A DNA stretch of 64,000 bases from a virus (lineage: Duplodnaviria > Caudoviricetes). The position numbers and the translations under genes are program-made. The notes beneath the pieces are model-generated. The model ran no database searches and was not told the origin of the DNA. It was given only the letters and a program-made list of their open reading frames with translations. Where the stretch lies: positions 1 through 64,000 of IMG/VR virus record IMGVR_UViG_2706795930_000001. The stretch is one strand, 5' to 3'. Position 1 is the stretch's first letter. Each line of letters starts with the position of its first letter. Positions 40,229 to 48,609 of this stretch are shown here, piece after piece.

Positions 40229-40257
40229 ACATTAGACGAGGTTTCCGAGACATGCAA
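40229..40257 (-). promoter_or_regulatory. SigA-like promoter TTGCAT-17-TAATGT for the uORF-lsr2 transcript
   Basis: Exact 17-bp spacing; the -35 lies inside an operator-motif copy. Confidence 0.65.
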
Positions 40258-40313
40258 CAGGTGGGCCAGTGTTTGCTGCGTCACTATCCGAAGAAGGGGT
40301 CCGACTGGCACTG

Positions 40314-40343
40314 TTGCGTGTCTCATGCGTGCTAGGTTAGAGT
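40314..40343 (+). promoter_or_regulatory. Divergent promoter TTGCGT-18-TAGAGT for the accessory operon
   Basis: Hexamer match; overlaps motif copy 40312-40326. Confidence 0.5.
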
Positions 40344-40383
40344 CGCCAACGACGCCAGATCACGTACACGAGGAGGCACACAC

Positions 40384-40695
40384 TTGCCAGAAGCGCAGCG
40401 CAGGAACATCGAAGACCTCAGCGCCCCAGAGATTTACGCGGGGTTCGAGGCGGTCCTCACATGGATGGACGCCGCCGGCCGTATCGTCAGCATGCTCGAC
40501 GGCTTCGGCGAGAACCAGCCCGCAGAACGCATCGAGGCGGTGCTCGATCGACTCAACACCGTCATCAACAACGCGGTCGAGGGGGTTCCCAATAGCACCC
40601 CGATCAAGGACGCGAAGGCCCCGGTTCTGGTCAGCGATGGCCGCGAGCACGACATCGTGGTCGACCTGATGGCGCGCAGGGGGCCCAGTGCCTGA
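40384..40695 (+). CDS. Hypothetical protein
   Basis: GAGGAGG RBS, TTG start. Confidence 0.7.
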   Translation: MPEAQRRNIEDLSAPEIYAGFEAVLTWMDAAGRIVSMLDGFGENQPAERIEAVLDRLNTVINNAVEGVPNSTPIKDAKAPVLVSDGREHDIVVDLMARRGPSA

Positions 40696-40948
40696 GATGC
40701 CTGCGCTTCCAGACGGGATGCGCTGGGAGATAAAGCGGTCCAACTCGCGTGCGTTCACCCATGCGCTTTGCCTGCAGTCCGCCGACCCCGGCTATTGGTT
40801 CACCCTAGAGTCGCGCCACTTCGATGTCGGCGCCGACGAACGCGAGAACGCCGAGGAGATCTTGAGCCTGGCGGAAGAGATCCTCGCACACCTGACACCA
40901 AACTTCGGCGGCCTCACCGGATTCCACATGGACGGCAAGAAGTATTGA
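40688..40948 (+). CDS. Hypothetical protein
   Basis: MPALPDGMRW motif, coupled. Confidence 0.7.
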   Translation: MPEMPALPDGMRWEIKRSNSRAFTHALCLQSADPGYWFTLESRHFDVGADERENAEEILSLAEEILAHLTPNFGGLTGFHMDGKKY

Positions 40949-41127
40949 GCCCGTCGCTCGGTCCGATCACTCAGATCTTCACCCACGACGAGAAGCGACG
41001 CCTGGGTCGATGCCAGGACTGTGAGTGGCACCTGCGCACCCAGGGCCACCACCCGCACTGCACGCAACGCAAGCCGAAACCGAGGAAAGGAGGAGGACGC
41101 CAATGGCCACGATCGCAGAAGCGGTAG
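40945..41127 (+). CDS. Small Zn-finger-like protein
   Basis: RCQDCEWH..TQGHHPHC; TTGA overlap. Confidence 0.6.
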   Translation: MSPSLGPITQIFTHDEKRRLGRCQDCEWHLRTQGHHPHCTQRKPKPRKGGGRQWPRSQKR

Positions 41128-42488
41128 CCGCCCAGTCATCCTCGTCGCCATCACAGGGCGGGGGACCACGACCAACGGTCACCACGCCCGACAATCCGAT
41201 TCGCGTCAAGGAGCTGAACGCGAAACTCGGCTCCTGGATCTCGCGACTGGGGCACATCCACGTCGAGGGCCAGGTCACCCAGATCAACAAGAAGCCCGGA
41301 CAGCGCACCGCGTACCTCACGCTGCGTGACCCCCAGGCGACCGCGTCCATCAACATCACCACCGACCCGGGCAAGATCCCTGCCGGACTCACCGACGGCG
41401 ACCGGGTCATCATCTTCGGCAAGCCCAACCTCTGGCAGGGCCGCGCCAGCCTGTCGCTCCGGGCCCAGTCCATCGACCAGGTCGGCGAAGGTGATCTCCT
41501 CCAGCGCATCGAGAAGTTCCGCCAGGTCCTCCGCGCCGAGGGGGCAACACGCCCCGAGCTCAAACGCCTTCTGCCACTTCTTCCGCGGCGGGTTGGCCTC
41601 ATCACCGGCTCGGACTCCGCGGCCCAACGCGATGTCATCGCCATGGCCTCCGAGCGCTGGCCGTCGGTCGACTTCCACGTCATCAACACTCCCGTCCAGG
41701 GACCGGCCACCGAGCGCGAAGTCGTTAAGGCTCTGGCCGCGCTCGACCGCATGCCCGACATCGACGTCATCATCGTCGCCCGCGGCGGCGGCAGCGTCGA
41801 AGATCTCCTGCCGTTCAGCGGCGAGAAGATCGTGCGCGCCGCGATCTCCTGCACCACGCCTGTCGTCTCGGCCATCGGCCACGAGCCTGACAATCCCGTC
41901 CTGGACGACGTCGCCGACTTCCGAGCCGCAACACCGACCGACGCCGCGAAGAACGTCGTGCCCGACATGGTCGCCGAGCTGTCCGAGATCCTGGTCAAAG
42001 AGGAGAACATCGGGAAGGCGATCGCCCGGAACATCGCAGCCGAGCGGACCGAGCTGAGCATCAAGCACACGCACGTCGACAGCCTCGGCGTCGCGATCGT
42101 CGGCCGAGAGCGGGATTCCCTGGCCACCAGTCGATCCAGCCTGCAGTGGATCATGGAGCGCAACGTCACGGCCGAGCGCAACAGCCTCGTCCGTCTCATC
42201 CAGCAGGCGCGCTACTGCAACCCCGGCAACCGCATCGAGAACGAGTACGCCTCACTCGCCGGCATCCGCGAGCACCTCGACGCCGTATCCCCGCGGTCCG
42301 TCATGGAACGCGGATTCTCCATCGTCGCCGACGCCAAGACCGGCTCGGTCATCACCGCCGGCGACCAGGTGTCCGGCGGCGCACGACTCACCATCACCTT
42401 CGCCGACGGCTCATCCAGAGACGTCATGGTGATGGCCGCTGCCCACGCAATCGTGGGCGTCACAACCGAAGGGAGCGAACAGCAATGA
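41103..42488 (+). CDS. xseA: Exodeoxyribonuclease VII large subunit
   Basis: OB fold (VEGQVTQ...YLTLRD), RVGLITG...AAQRDV, DVIIVARGGGSVEDLLPFS, VVSAIGHEPD, RAATPTDAA, RGFSIV. Confidence 0.95.
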   Translation: MATIAEAVAAQSSSSPSQGGGPRPTVTTPDNPIRVKELNAKLGSWISRLGHIHVEGQVTQINKKPGQRTAYLTLRDPQATASINITTDPGKIPAGLTDGDRVIIFGKPNLWQGRASLSLRAQSIDQVGEGDLLQRIEKFRQVLRAEGATRPELKRLLPLLPRRVGLITGSDSAAQRDVIAMASERWPSVDFHVINTPVQGPATEREVVKALAALDRMPDIDVIIVARGGGSVEDLLPFSGEKIVRAAISCTTPVVSAIGHEPDNPVLDDVADFRAATPTDAAKNVVPDMVAELSEILVKEENIGKAIARNIAAERTELSIKHTHVDSLGVAIVGRERDSLATSRSSLQWIMERNVTAERNSLVRLIQQARYCNPGNRIENEYASLAGIREHLDAVSPRSVMERGFSIVADAKTGSVITAGDQVSGGARLTITFADGSSRDVMVMAAAHAIVGVTTEGSEQQ

Positions 42489-42661
42489 CGTACGAAGAGG
42501 GCAAGGCCAAGCTCACCGCCATCGTCCAGGAGATCGAGCGTGGGGGACTCTCCCTCGACGACCAGCTCGCGAAGTGGAAAGAGGCCGGCGAGTTGATCGA
42601 CGAGCTGGAGAAGATGCTCGGCACGTACGAGACCCGCGTCAAGGAAGGGGCTGCAGCGTGA
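42485..42661 (+). CDS. xseB: Exodeoxyribonuclease VII small subunit
   Basis: MTYEE...L..IVQEIERGGLSLDD.L..W..A..L; directly after xseA. Confidence 0.88.
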   Translation: MTYEEGKAKLTAIVQEIERGGLSLDDQLAKWKEAGELIDELEKMLGTYETRVKEGAAA

Positions 42662-42870
42662 ACCCACGTAGCTACACCCGGTTCATCGTCGTCCCCGGCC
42701 TGGCCTTTTGTGCCGTCCTGGGTCTCATCGGCTACACCCAGGCGTCAAGCGGCGGAGGTCAGGTCGCTCTCGCGACCGTGACGCTGCTCCTCCTCGTCAC
42801 ATTGCTGGCCGTCAGCTTCATCGTCAGTGGAGTGTTGCGTGTCTCGTACAGAAGGGTCGGCCGCCGATGA
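42658..42870 (+). CDS. Small 2-TM membrane protein
   Basis: Two hydrophobic helices; GTGA overlap. Confidence 0.65.
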   Translation: MNPRSYTRFIVVPGLAFCAVLGLIGYTQASSGGGQVALATVTLLLLVTLLAVSFIVSGVLRVSYRRVGRR

Positions 42871-43088
42871 GCACCATCTTCACCGCGGCCAATCCGCTCG
42901 GCGACTCGATCACCGTGTCGAAGAACTCCGACGGCGAGTTTGAGTTCCTCACCGCGCTCGCGGGGGAGTGGAGTGCTGCGGTCTACGCGCTCCCGCAGGT
43001 CGAAGCCGCCCGCCTGTTCGCCACCGTCTTCGCCGAGATGGATGGCTCCACACAAGCACTGACCCGTACATGGATGGGGGACCGATGA
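42867..43088 (+). CDS. Hypothetical protein
   Basis: ATGA coupling. Confidence 0.7.
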   Translation: MSTIFTAANPLGDSITVSKNSDGEFEFLTALAGEWSAAVYALPQVEAARLFATVFAEMDGSTQALTRTWMGDR

Positions 43089-43486
43089 AGTACCTGCACA
43101 CCCGCTGGCGTCGCAACAGGGACGACGTGGTCATCACGATCGTCGGCGACTCGGAGGCGGGCTTCGACCGCACCAACCGATCCCTCCTCGCCCAGAATGT
43201 GGACACCCGGCGCAACTTCTGGATCACGCCCGAGGGCCTCTGGAAGAAGTACGAGCAGATCGCCGACACGTCCGACGAAGAGGTCTTCGCGATCCGCGAC
43301 GACGACGGCGGACTGGTCATCAATAGGGACGGCGACGAGTTCGAGTTCTACATCGACTTCGACGACATGCCCGCGGTCGCCTACCTCCTCGACGAGGTCG
43401 AGACCACCTACCTCATGTCCTCGCTGTTCGAGCACCTGACCGAGGATGCCCAATCGTCCTTCCTCGGTCTGATCGGAGAACGATGA
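43085..43486 (+). CDS. Hypothetical acidic protein
   Basis: ATGA coupling. Confidence 0.7.
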   Translation: MKYLHTRWRRNRDDVVITIVGDSEAGFDRTNRSLLAQNVDTRRNFWITPEGLWKKYEQIADTSDEEVFAIRDDDGGLVINRDGDEFEFYIDFDDMPAVAYLLDEVETTYLMSSLFEHLTEDAQSSFLGLIGER

Positions 43487-43737
43487 CCGACACCACCGCC
43501 GGCCTAATCGAAGGCTGGGCCCCGATGCACAGCACACAGCGGAGATTCCACTACTACCGCCAGAAGAACGCCAGCGAGAAGTTCACCCGGGCGCTATGTG
43601 GGAACTGGCGCGCACACCATACCCAGCTCGAATCATTCGAGCTGCAGCCGTACATCCCCGGTGCCCTACACATCTCGCCGGATGACTGTCTGCGCTGCTC
43701 GCGCAAGCTCCGCGCCAACGAGAAGAAGGAATCATGA
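43483..43737 (+). CDS. Hypothetical protein (Cys/His motifs)
   Basis: FHYY...ALCG...DCLRC. Confidence 0.7.
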   Translation: MTDTTAGLIEGWAPMHSTQRRFHYYRQKNASEKFTRALCGNWRAHHTQLESFELQPYIPGALHISPDDCLRCSRKLRANEKKES

Positions 43738-44000
43738 CCGCCCCGAAGAAGTACCGCAAGAAGCCAGTCGAGATCGAGGCGTTGGTGTTCGACGGCACCA
43801 ACGCCCAGCAGATCGCCGAGTGGACGGGACAGTGGCGCCCCGGCGACATCAAGTGGGGGACTGACTCGGACTTCTTCGTGATCGAAACACTCGAAGGCGC
43901 GATGTACGCCAACGTCGGCGACTACATCATCCGCGGCGTCCAGGGCGAGTTCTACCCATGCAAGCCGCACATCTTCGCTGCGACATACGAGGAGGTCTGA
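43734..44000 (+). CDS. Widespread small phage protein (YRKKPV...TLEG...[17 protein letters not shown] family)
   Basis: Recognisable conserved motif set. Confidence 0.85.
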   Translation: MTAPKKYRKKPVEIEALVFDGTNAQQIAEWTGQWRPGDIKWGTDSDFFVIETLEGAMYANVGDYIIRGVQGEFYPCKPHIFAATYEEV

Positions 44001-44365
44001 TGCTCTACCGAGTCACGAGCGTGAACGTCACCGACTGGACCGAAGAAGTCGAGGCCGACTCGGTCGAGGATGCCATGTTCCAGATCGAAGGCGGCGGCTA
44101 CCTCTGCCATCAGTGCGCGCATGAGCGGAACGACGGCGAGTGGGAGCCGGAGATCGTTTCCGACGTGAACGGCAACGTGCTGTTCGACAAGGCCGCCGAG
44201 GATCAGGCCGAGCTCCGCAACGCCCTCGAAGTCATTCGTGGCGTGCGCGAGTATGCCGAGAAGCTGGCATCGGCGAAGACCTGGGATGGGCGAGAGGCTG
44301 TCGTCGAACGGGCTCTCGGCCGGAGCATCCTGGAGAAGCTGGAACATCCCGGCGGTGGCGAGTGA
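44000..44365 (+). CDS. Hypothetical protein
   Basis: EVEADS.EDA, LCHQC; GGAGGT RBS. Confidence 0.7.
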   Translation: MLYRVTSVNVTDWTEEVEADSVEDAMFQIEGGGYLCHQCAHERNDGEWEPEIVSDVNGNVLFDKAAEDQAELRNALEVIRGVREYAEKLASAKTWDGREAVVERALGRSILEKLEHPGGGE

Positions 44366-44757
44366 TGACCAGCCGGCCGAAGCGCATCCTCGTCACCGGC
44401 GGCCGCGACTGGACCGACAAGTTTGTCATCGAGCGGGCCCTTCATGAGGTCTGGATCGAATCGGGTCGACCACGCGACGCCATCCTCGTCGAAGGTGAAT
44501 GCCCCGACGGTGGCGCCGACATCATCGCCCGGGACATCTGGCTCGGACAGAGGTTCCCCGTCGAGAAGGTCCCGGCCAACTGGAAGTGGCTCGGGGCCCA
44601 GGCGGGCAACGTCCGCAACCAGGTGATGGTTGACCGCGGCGCCGACATCTGCCTCGCCTTTCCGACCACCAAGTCCCGCGGCACCTGGGACTGCGTTCGT
44701 CGCGCCCGGGAGGCCGGGATTCCCGTTCGAGTCTTCCATGAGAGGAGCGCGGCGTGA
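44365..44757 (+). CDS. SLOG-family (YspA/DUF2493-like) protein
   Basis: RILVTGGRDW...GECPDGGAD...AGNVRNQVMVD.GAD.CLAF...SRGTWDC...AREAGIPV. Confidence 0.85.
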   Translation: MTSRPKRILVTGGRDWTDKFVIERALHEVWIESGRPRDAILVEGECPDGGADIIARDIWLGQRFPVEKVPANWKWLGAQAGNVRNQVMVDRGADICLAFPTTKSRGTWDCVRRAREAGIPVRVFHERSAA

Positions 44758-44954
44758 GCGCACGATCGATCGAGGTCGCCAGCACTACCGCCGGAGTCAT
44801 CGTGGCCATCATCGGCGCACTGAACGCGGCCGCATGGGTGGGGGGCCACGAGTCGATGTACCTCTTCATCGCGGTCTTCGACATGGTCGCAGCGAACATC
44901 CTCTTCGCCGTCGGTCACTGCCTCAGTGAGAAGTCGACGGGGGACGTCCAGTGA
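44754..44954 (+). CDS. Small 2-TM membrane protein
   Basis: GAGGAG RBS, hydrophobic. Confidence 0.6.
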   Translation: MSARSIEVASTTAGVIVAIIGALNAAAWVGGHESMYLFIAVFDMVAANILFAVGHCLSEKSTGDVQ

Positions 44955-45334
44955 CCGGCCTCTGGGTGGTCTTGCTGATCGCTGGAGCCGTCGTCGCATT
45001 CACCATCTGGTGGGTCATCGACCGACGGGAGCAGCGGTGACATGGGAGGGGCGGCACGACCGCGTTGAGGGGTTGTACCAGTTCATCCGCAGCTCATGGC
45101 CGGAGTACCACTATGTGTCGCCGCACATGGTCTGGGACAACCCGATCTTCCCGCCGCGGAACCGCCCGGTCGAAGTGCCGTACGTCCCGGGCGCCCTGCA
45201 CACGGCGTCCGGCAGAGCGATGGTCGGCGTCGACAAACCGTGGTGGCTGGAGCAGATGGACGAGGTGCGCAAGCTGATCCCCGATCGAGCACAGTTCGAG
45301 CGCGTGCTTCAGGAGGCGAAGAGGAGGTGGGTCG

Positions 45335-45901
45335 GTGGCCGACGAAGCGACGATTGCTGAAGTCGGCCGACGCCTCATCGAGAAGCCCATCGTCGGGGCG
45401 ATGATGACGGCGCCGGCGGCCCATTCTGAACACGTTGGGTGGACGGCCGAGAGGGATCTGTTGGCGCAAGTGGTTGCGGCCATGGAGTCGCTTCGCGACA
45501 TAGGGGTTGCGCTCGACGAAGACCCGACAGCAATCTGGCCGCCGCCCATCGCGAAGATCCCCCTCACCCCCGACACGTCGACATATCGGAAGGCGACAAT
45601 GGAAGCACTCGGCATGCCGGTCGACGCCTACGAGTGGAGCAACTCGTCGCGCAAGATCGGCGACTCGGAGATCTCGACGTGGGGCGGCATGGAACGCACT
45701 CTCACCGAGAAGTACCGGACGCTCCATGAGCCCCTTCGGGACTTCTACGCCCACAACACGTGTCCCCACTGCGACAACTGGGACTGCCACTGGATCAACC
45801 TCATTCCGGTACCCGAGGGGCAGCGCGACGAATGGGGGGCTGATGAAGTGCTCGCCCGCATCTGTAGAGCGTGTCACCTGAGCTGGCGAGAAGCGCCGTG
45901 A
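45335..45901 (+). CDS. Hypothetical protein with a C-terminal Zn ribbon
   Basis: CPHC...HW...RICRAC..SWRE. Confidence 0.65.
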   Translation: MADEATIAEVGRRLIEKPIVGAMMTAPAAHSEHVGWTAERDLLAQVVAAMESLRDIGVALDEDPTAIWPPPIAKIPLTPDTSTYRKATMEALGMPVDAYEWSNSSRKIGDSEISTWGGMERTLTEKYRTLHEPLRDFYAHNTCPHCDNWDCHWINLIPVPEGQRDEWGADEVLARICRACHLSWREAP

Positions 45902-46073
45902 TCAATTACGCGCTTTTCTTCCCCGAGAGTAGGTCGATTTGTCAGGAATGATGCACCGCAATTGTTCCCGCGGATGCTGCCTCACAGGATCTCGCGCCGG
46001 CGACCGCCGAGACGCCCGCCGGGAAATCGACCAGGAATTGTCAGATACCCCTGATTACATGAAAGGCCAGTCG

Positions 46074-46343
46074 ATGGGAATCAAGACCCAGCTACTCCTC
46101 GACGAGGAGGCAAAGACCTACTCGATCGCAGTGGACCCCAGTTCGACGACCGACGTCGCGATGGACACAATGCCGGGGCGGAGCACCGCACAAAGCATTG
46201 TGCGACAGGAACTCTCACGCCACCTCGCGTTGAGGACCAAGGTCGCCGAGGACGCCGCCGCCGTGGCCGTCACTGGGCTCATGGAGTGCTTCCACCTCAC
46301 ACCGAAGACCATCGAAGAGTTCGAGAAGGGGCGGCAGCGATGA
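46074..46343 (+). CDS. Hypothetical protein (may extend upstream to TTG 45939)
   Basis: GAAAGG RBS. Confidence 0.6.
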   Translation: MGIKTQLLLDEEAKTYSIAVDPSSTTDVAMDTMPGRSTAQSIVRQELSRHLALRTKVAEDAAAVAVTGLMECFHLTPKTIEEFEKGRQR

Positions 46344-46564
46344 CGACCCGGCAAGGACGTTGGGTGCGGTGCGCCTGCGGGAAGCGCGGGTACGAAACTC
46401 GCAAGCAGGCCAAGGAATCTCGCAGCACCATGGGCGGAGCGAAGGGCACGAAGATGAACGCCTACCGCTGCCCCCGGGCCCCGGAGTCGAACCCCTGGCA
46501 CCTCGGGCACCTCAACAAGCAGTCGAAGATCTACGGCCGACCACACTGGCTCGCCGACCGCTGA
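46340..46564 (+). CDS. Small Zn-finger protein
   Basis: CACGKRGY.TRK.A...AYRCP...WHLGH. Confidence 0.7.
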   Translation: MTTRQGRWVRCACGKRGYETRKQAKESRSTMGGAKGTKMNAYRCPRAPESNPWHLGHLNKQSKIYGRPHWLADR

Positions 46565-46576
46565 CCCACAGACCAC

Positions 46577-46609
46577 GAAGGCCCCCTGTCATCGCGACAG
46601 GGGGCCTTC
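46577..46609. terminator. Bidirectional hairpin terminator between the accessory operon and the tRNA
   Basis: Perfect 14-bp stem GAAGGCCCCCTGTC / GACAGGGGGCCTTC. Confidence 0.8.
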
Positions 46610-46613
46610 TGCG

Positions 46614-46687
46614 TGCCCCGGGCAGGGCTCGAACCTGCGACCTAGTCATTATGAGTGACCGGCTCTAACCGACTGAGCTACCGGGGC
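46614..46687 (-). tRNA. tRNA with CAT anticodon, most likely tRNA-Ile2 (lysidine type), alternatively elongator Met; no encoded CCA
   Basis: GCCCCGG-TA-GCTC-AGTCGGTTA-GAGC-C-GGTCA-CTCATAA-TGACT-AGGTC-GCAGG-TTCGAGC-CCTGC-CCGGGGC-A; G1-C72 paired (not an initiator), C4-G69 and C5-G68. Confidence 0.92.
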
Positions 46688-46710
46688 GCCGGACTACCGT
46701 ACCGCGAGCG

Positions 46711-46985
46711 TGCCCGCAGTTGCCCGCAGCCCCGCCCTCATTTTGCAGCCCGCCCTCATTCGAGATTGCGGCAACATTGCGGGCAGGAGGCCCTCGGGAG
46801 CCCCGGAAAGCTCGTCTACCAGGCCAGACTGTGCGCCGAGGTTTCTTCTAGCGAAGGATTATGAGTTCGTGGCATAATGAATGCATACGCTGCATCTTCC
46901 TGTCAAACGTGCAGGTCAAGAGGCATATTGTATGATCTAGGTATGACAAAGAGTGCCTTGAGATTGCGGGCAACATTGCGGGCAG
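46711..46985. mobile_element. Putative attP: paired arm-type repeats (TGCGGGCA) flanking a short core GGATTATGAGT (46856-46866)
   Basis: TGCCCGCAG x2 (46711-46729), TTGCGGCAACATTGCGGGCA (46766-46785), TTGCGGGCAACATTGCGGGCA (46965-46985), just upstream of the integrase. Confidence 0.65.
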
Positions 46986-46996
46986 AGGAGATAGCC

Positions 46997-47212
46997 GTGG
47001 GGATGCTGGGGGCGAAGGTCTACCGCGGGCAGCTCGACGAGCCCACGAGCCGCGGCGAGCGGCGGTCCCTCAAGCGGCGGTGGCGGCGCGTCGAGAGCGC
47101 CCAGGCCCGGGACTGGGAGGCCGAATACATCGAGCGGGAGCCTCCGCCATGCCCCTTCGATTCGCCGGCCCTCGACGTAGATAACCCCCCTTTCACTTTT
47201 TGTACTCATTAG
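46997..47212 (+). CDS. Small Arg-rich protein upstream of the integrase
   Basis: AGAGGAG RBS, GTG start; MGMLGAK...KRRWRRVE..QARDW. Confidence 0.6.
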   Translation: MGMLGAKVYRGQLDEPTSRGERRSLKRRWRRVESAQARDWEAEYIEREPPPCPFDSPALDVDNPPFTFCTH

Positions 47213-47223
47213 GAGACTTACAA

Positions 47224-48609
47224 ATGGACGAGAATGGCAATCGCTCCGAATACGGCACCGGTGGCGTTCGATACCGAGCTGATCGGGATGTGTGGATCGC
47301 GGCGAAATCTGTCGAGGACGGCCGTGGCCGAAAGAAGCGGATCGAGGGCCAGGGCCCGACGAAGACTCAGGCGATCGCTGAACGTGACAAGAAGATCCGC
47401 GACTTCATCCGCGGCAAGCAGAAGACAAAAGGCAAGGGCACTGTCGCCGAGTGGCTAGAGAAGTGGATGAACGAGATCGCGGTCGACAACGTCCGCCCGA
47501 CAACACTGAAGAGCTACGCGTCGGCGATCAAGTATCAGATCGTCCCGACCATCGGGCACATGAAGCTGAAGGACCTGGAGCCGGCCGACGTTCGCTTCAT
47601 GCGCAAAGAGGTTGTCAACTCGTACCTAGACAAGAAGAAGGGCGTGAAAGGAGTGAAGCCTCGCGACGAGGGGACCGGTGCTCGCCGAGCGCGCTACGCG
47701 CAGGTGGTGTTGAGCAAGGCCCTCGCCGACGCGGTGACTGAAGAGATCCTCGACCGCAACGTGGCGGACAGCGCGTACGTGAAGAAGACCGCGGTGGTGG
47801 CCAAGCCGCAGAAGGCTCTGAATGCCGAGCAGGCGAAGCATCTGCTCCGCACTTCAATCGAGAACCGTGACCGGTACGCATCGCGTTGGGCAACCGCTCT
47901 CATCACCGGCACGCGCCAAGGAGAGGTTCTCGGACTGACGTGGGACCGCGTGGACTTCACTCGCAAGGAGATCCACTTCACCCGCCAGCTTCAGGTGCTA
48001 GAGAACGAGCACGGCTGCGGAGAACAGATTGGTGACCGCGTGTACCCGTGTGGCATGAAAGTCCCGCGTGCATGCCCTGAGCGCAAGTTCAAGGTGACCG
48101 AGGAGTGGCGCGACCAGATCGATGTTCTCGAAGGGTCGCTCGCGATGACGCCGACAAAGACGAAGATGTCCGCCCGGGCGCTGCCGATGCCCGCGCCGCT
48201 CGAACAGATCCTACGGGCGCATCAGTTGGATACCGCCGGCGAGCCGAACCCGCACAACCTTGTCTGGCACCAGGAGAACGGAAAGCCGATTCAACCGCGT
48301 GCCGACTACGAGGCGTGGGTAGAAGCGCTCGACAAGGCCGGGCTGGATCGAATCAAGCTCCACTCCACGCGTCACTCAGCGGCGAGCATCATGAGCGACA
48401 TGGGTATCGACCGACAGGTGATCATGCAGATCCTCGGGCACACGAATCTGAACACCACGGCCGGTTACGCCGCGGTCGGCGACAGCTTCCGTCGCGAAGC
48501 ACTCGGTCGCATGGGCGGCCTGCTGGATTTGTTCAGCGCAGCGCCGCGGGAAGTCGAAGGTGATGTGATCACCGACGACAGCCGCCAGCAGAACGTCATC
48601 GGAGCGTGA
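47224..48609 (+). CDS. int: Tyrosine integrase
   Basis: GTRQGEVLGLTW (R), HSTRH, ILGH...Y; N-terminal arm-binding domain; AGGAG RBS. Confidence 0.96.
   Translation: MDENGNRSEYGTGGVRYRADRDVWIAAKSVEDGRGRKKRIEGQGPTKTQAIAERDKKIRDFIRGKQKTKGKGTVAEWLEKWMNEIAVDNVRPTTLKSYASAIKYQIVPTIGHMKLKDLEPADVRFMRKEVVNSYLDKKKGVKGVKPRDEGTGARRARYAQVVLSKALADAVTEEILDRNVADSAYVKKTAVVAKPQKALNAEQAKHLLRTSIENRDRYASRWATALITGTRQGEVLGLTWDRVDFTRKEIHFTRQLQVLENEHGCGEQIGDRVYPCGMKVPRACPERKFKVTEEWRDQIDVLEGSLAMTPTKTKMSARALPMPAPLEQILRAHQLDTAGEPNPHNLVWHQENGKPIQPRADYEAWVEALDKAGLDRIKLHSTRHSAASIMSDMGIDRQVIMQILGHTNLNTTAGYAAVGDSFRREALGRMGGLLDLFSAAPREVEGDVITDDSRQQNVIGA

Noticed and set aside
44926-45360. ORF(s) between 44954 and 45335
   Set aside because: Probably coding, but start and frame could not be resolved and there is no recognisable motif, so it is not listed as a feature.
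46614-46687. tRNA as a host attL/attR junction (window being an integrated prophage)
   Set aside because: Phage-type genes continue on both sides, and arm repeats flank a separate core, consistent with an intact attP.
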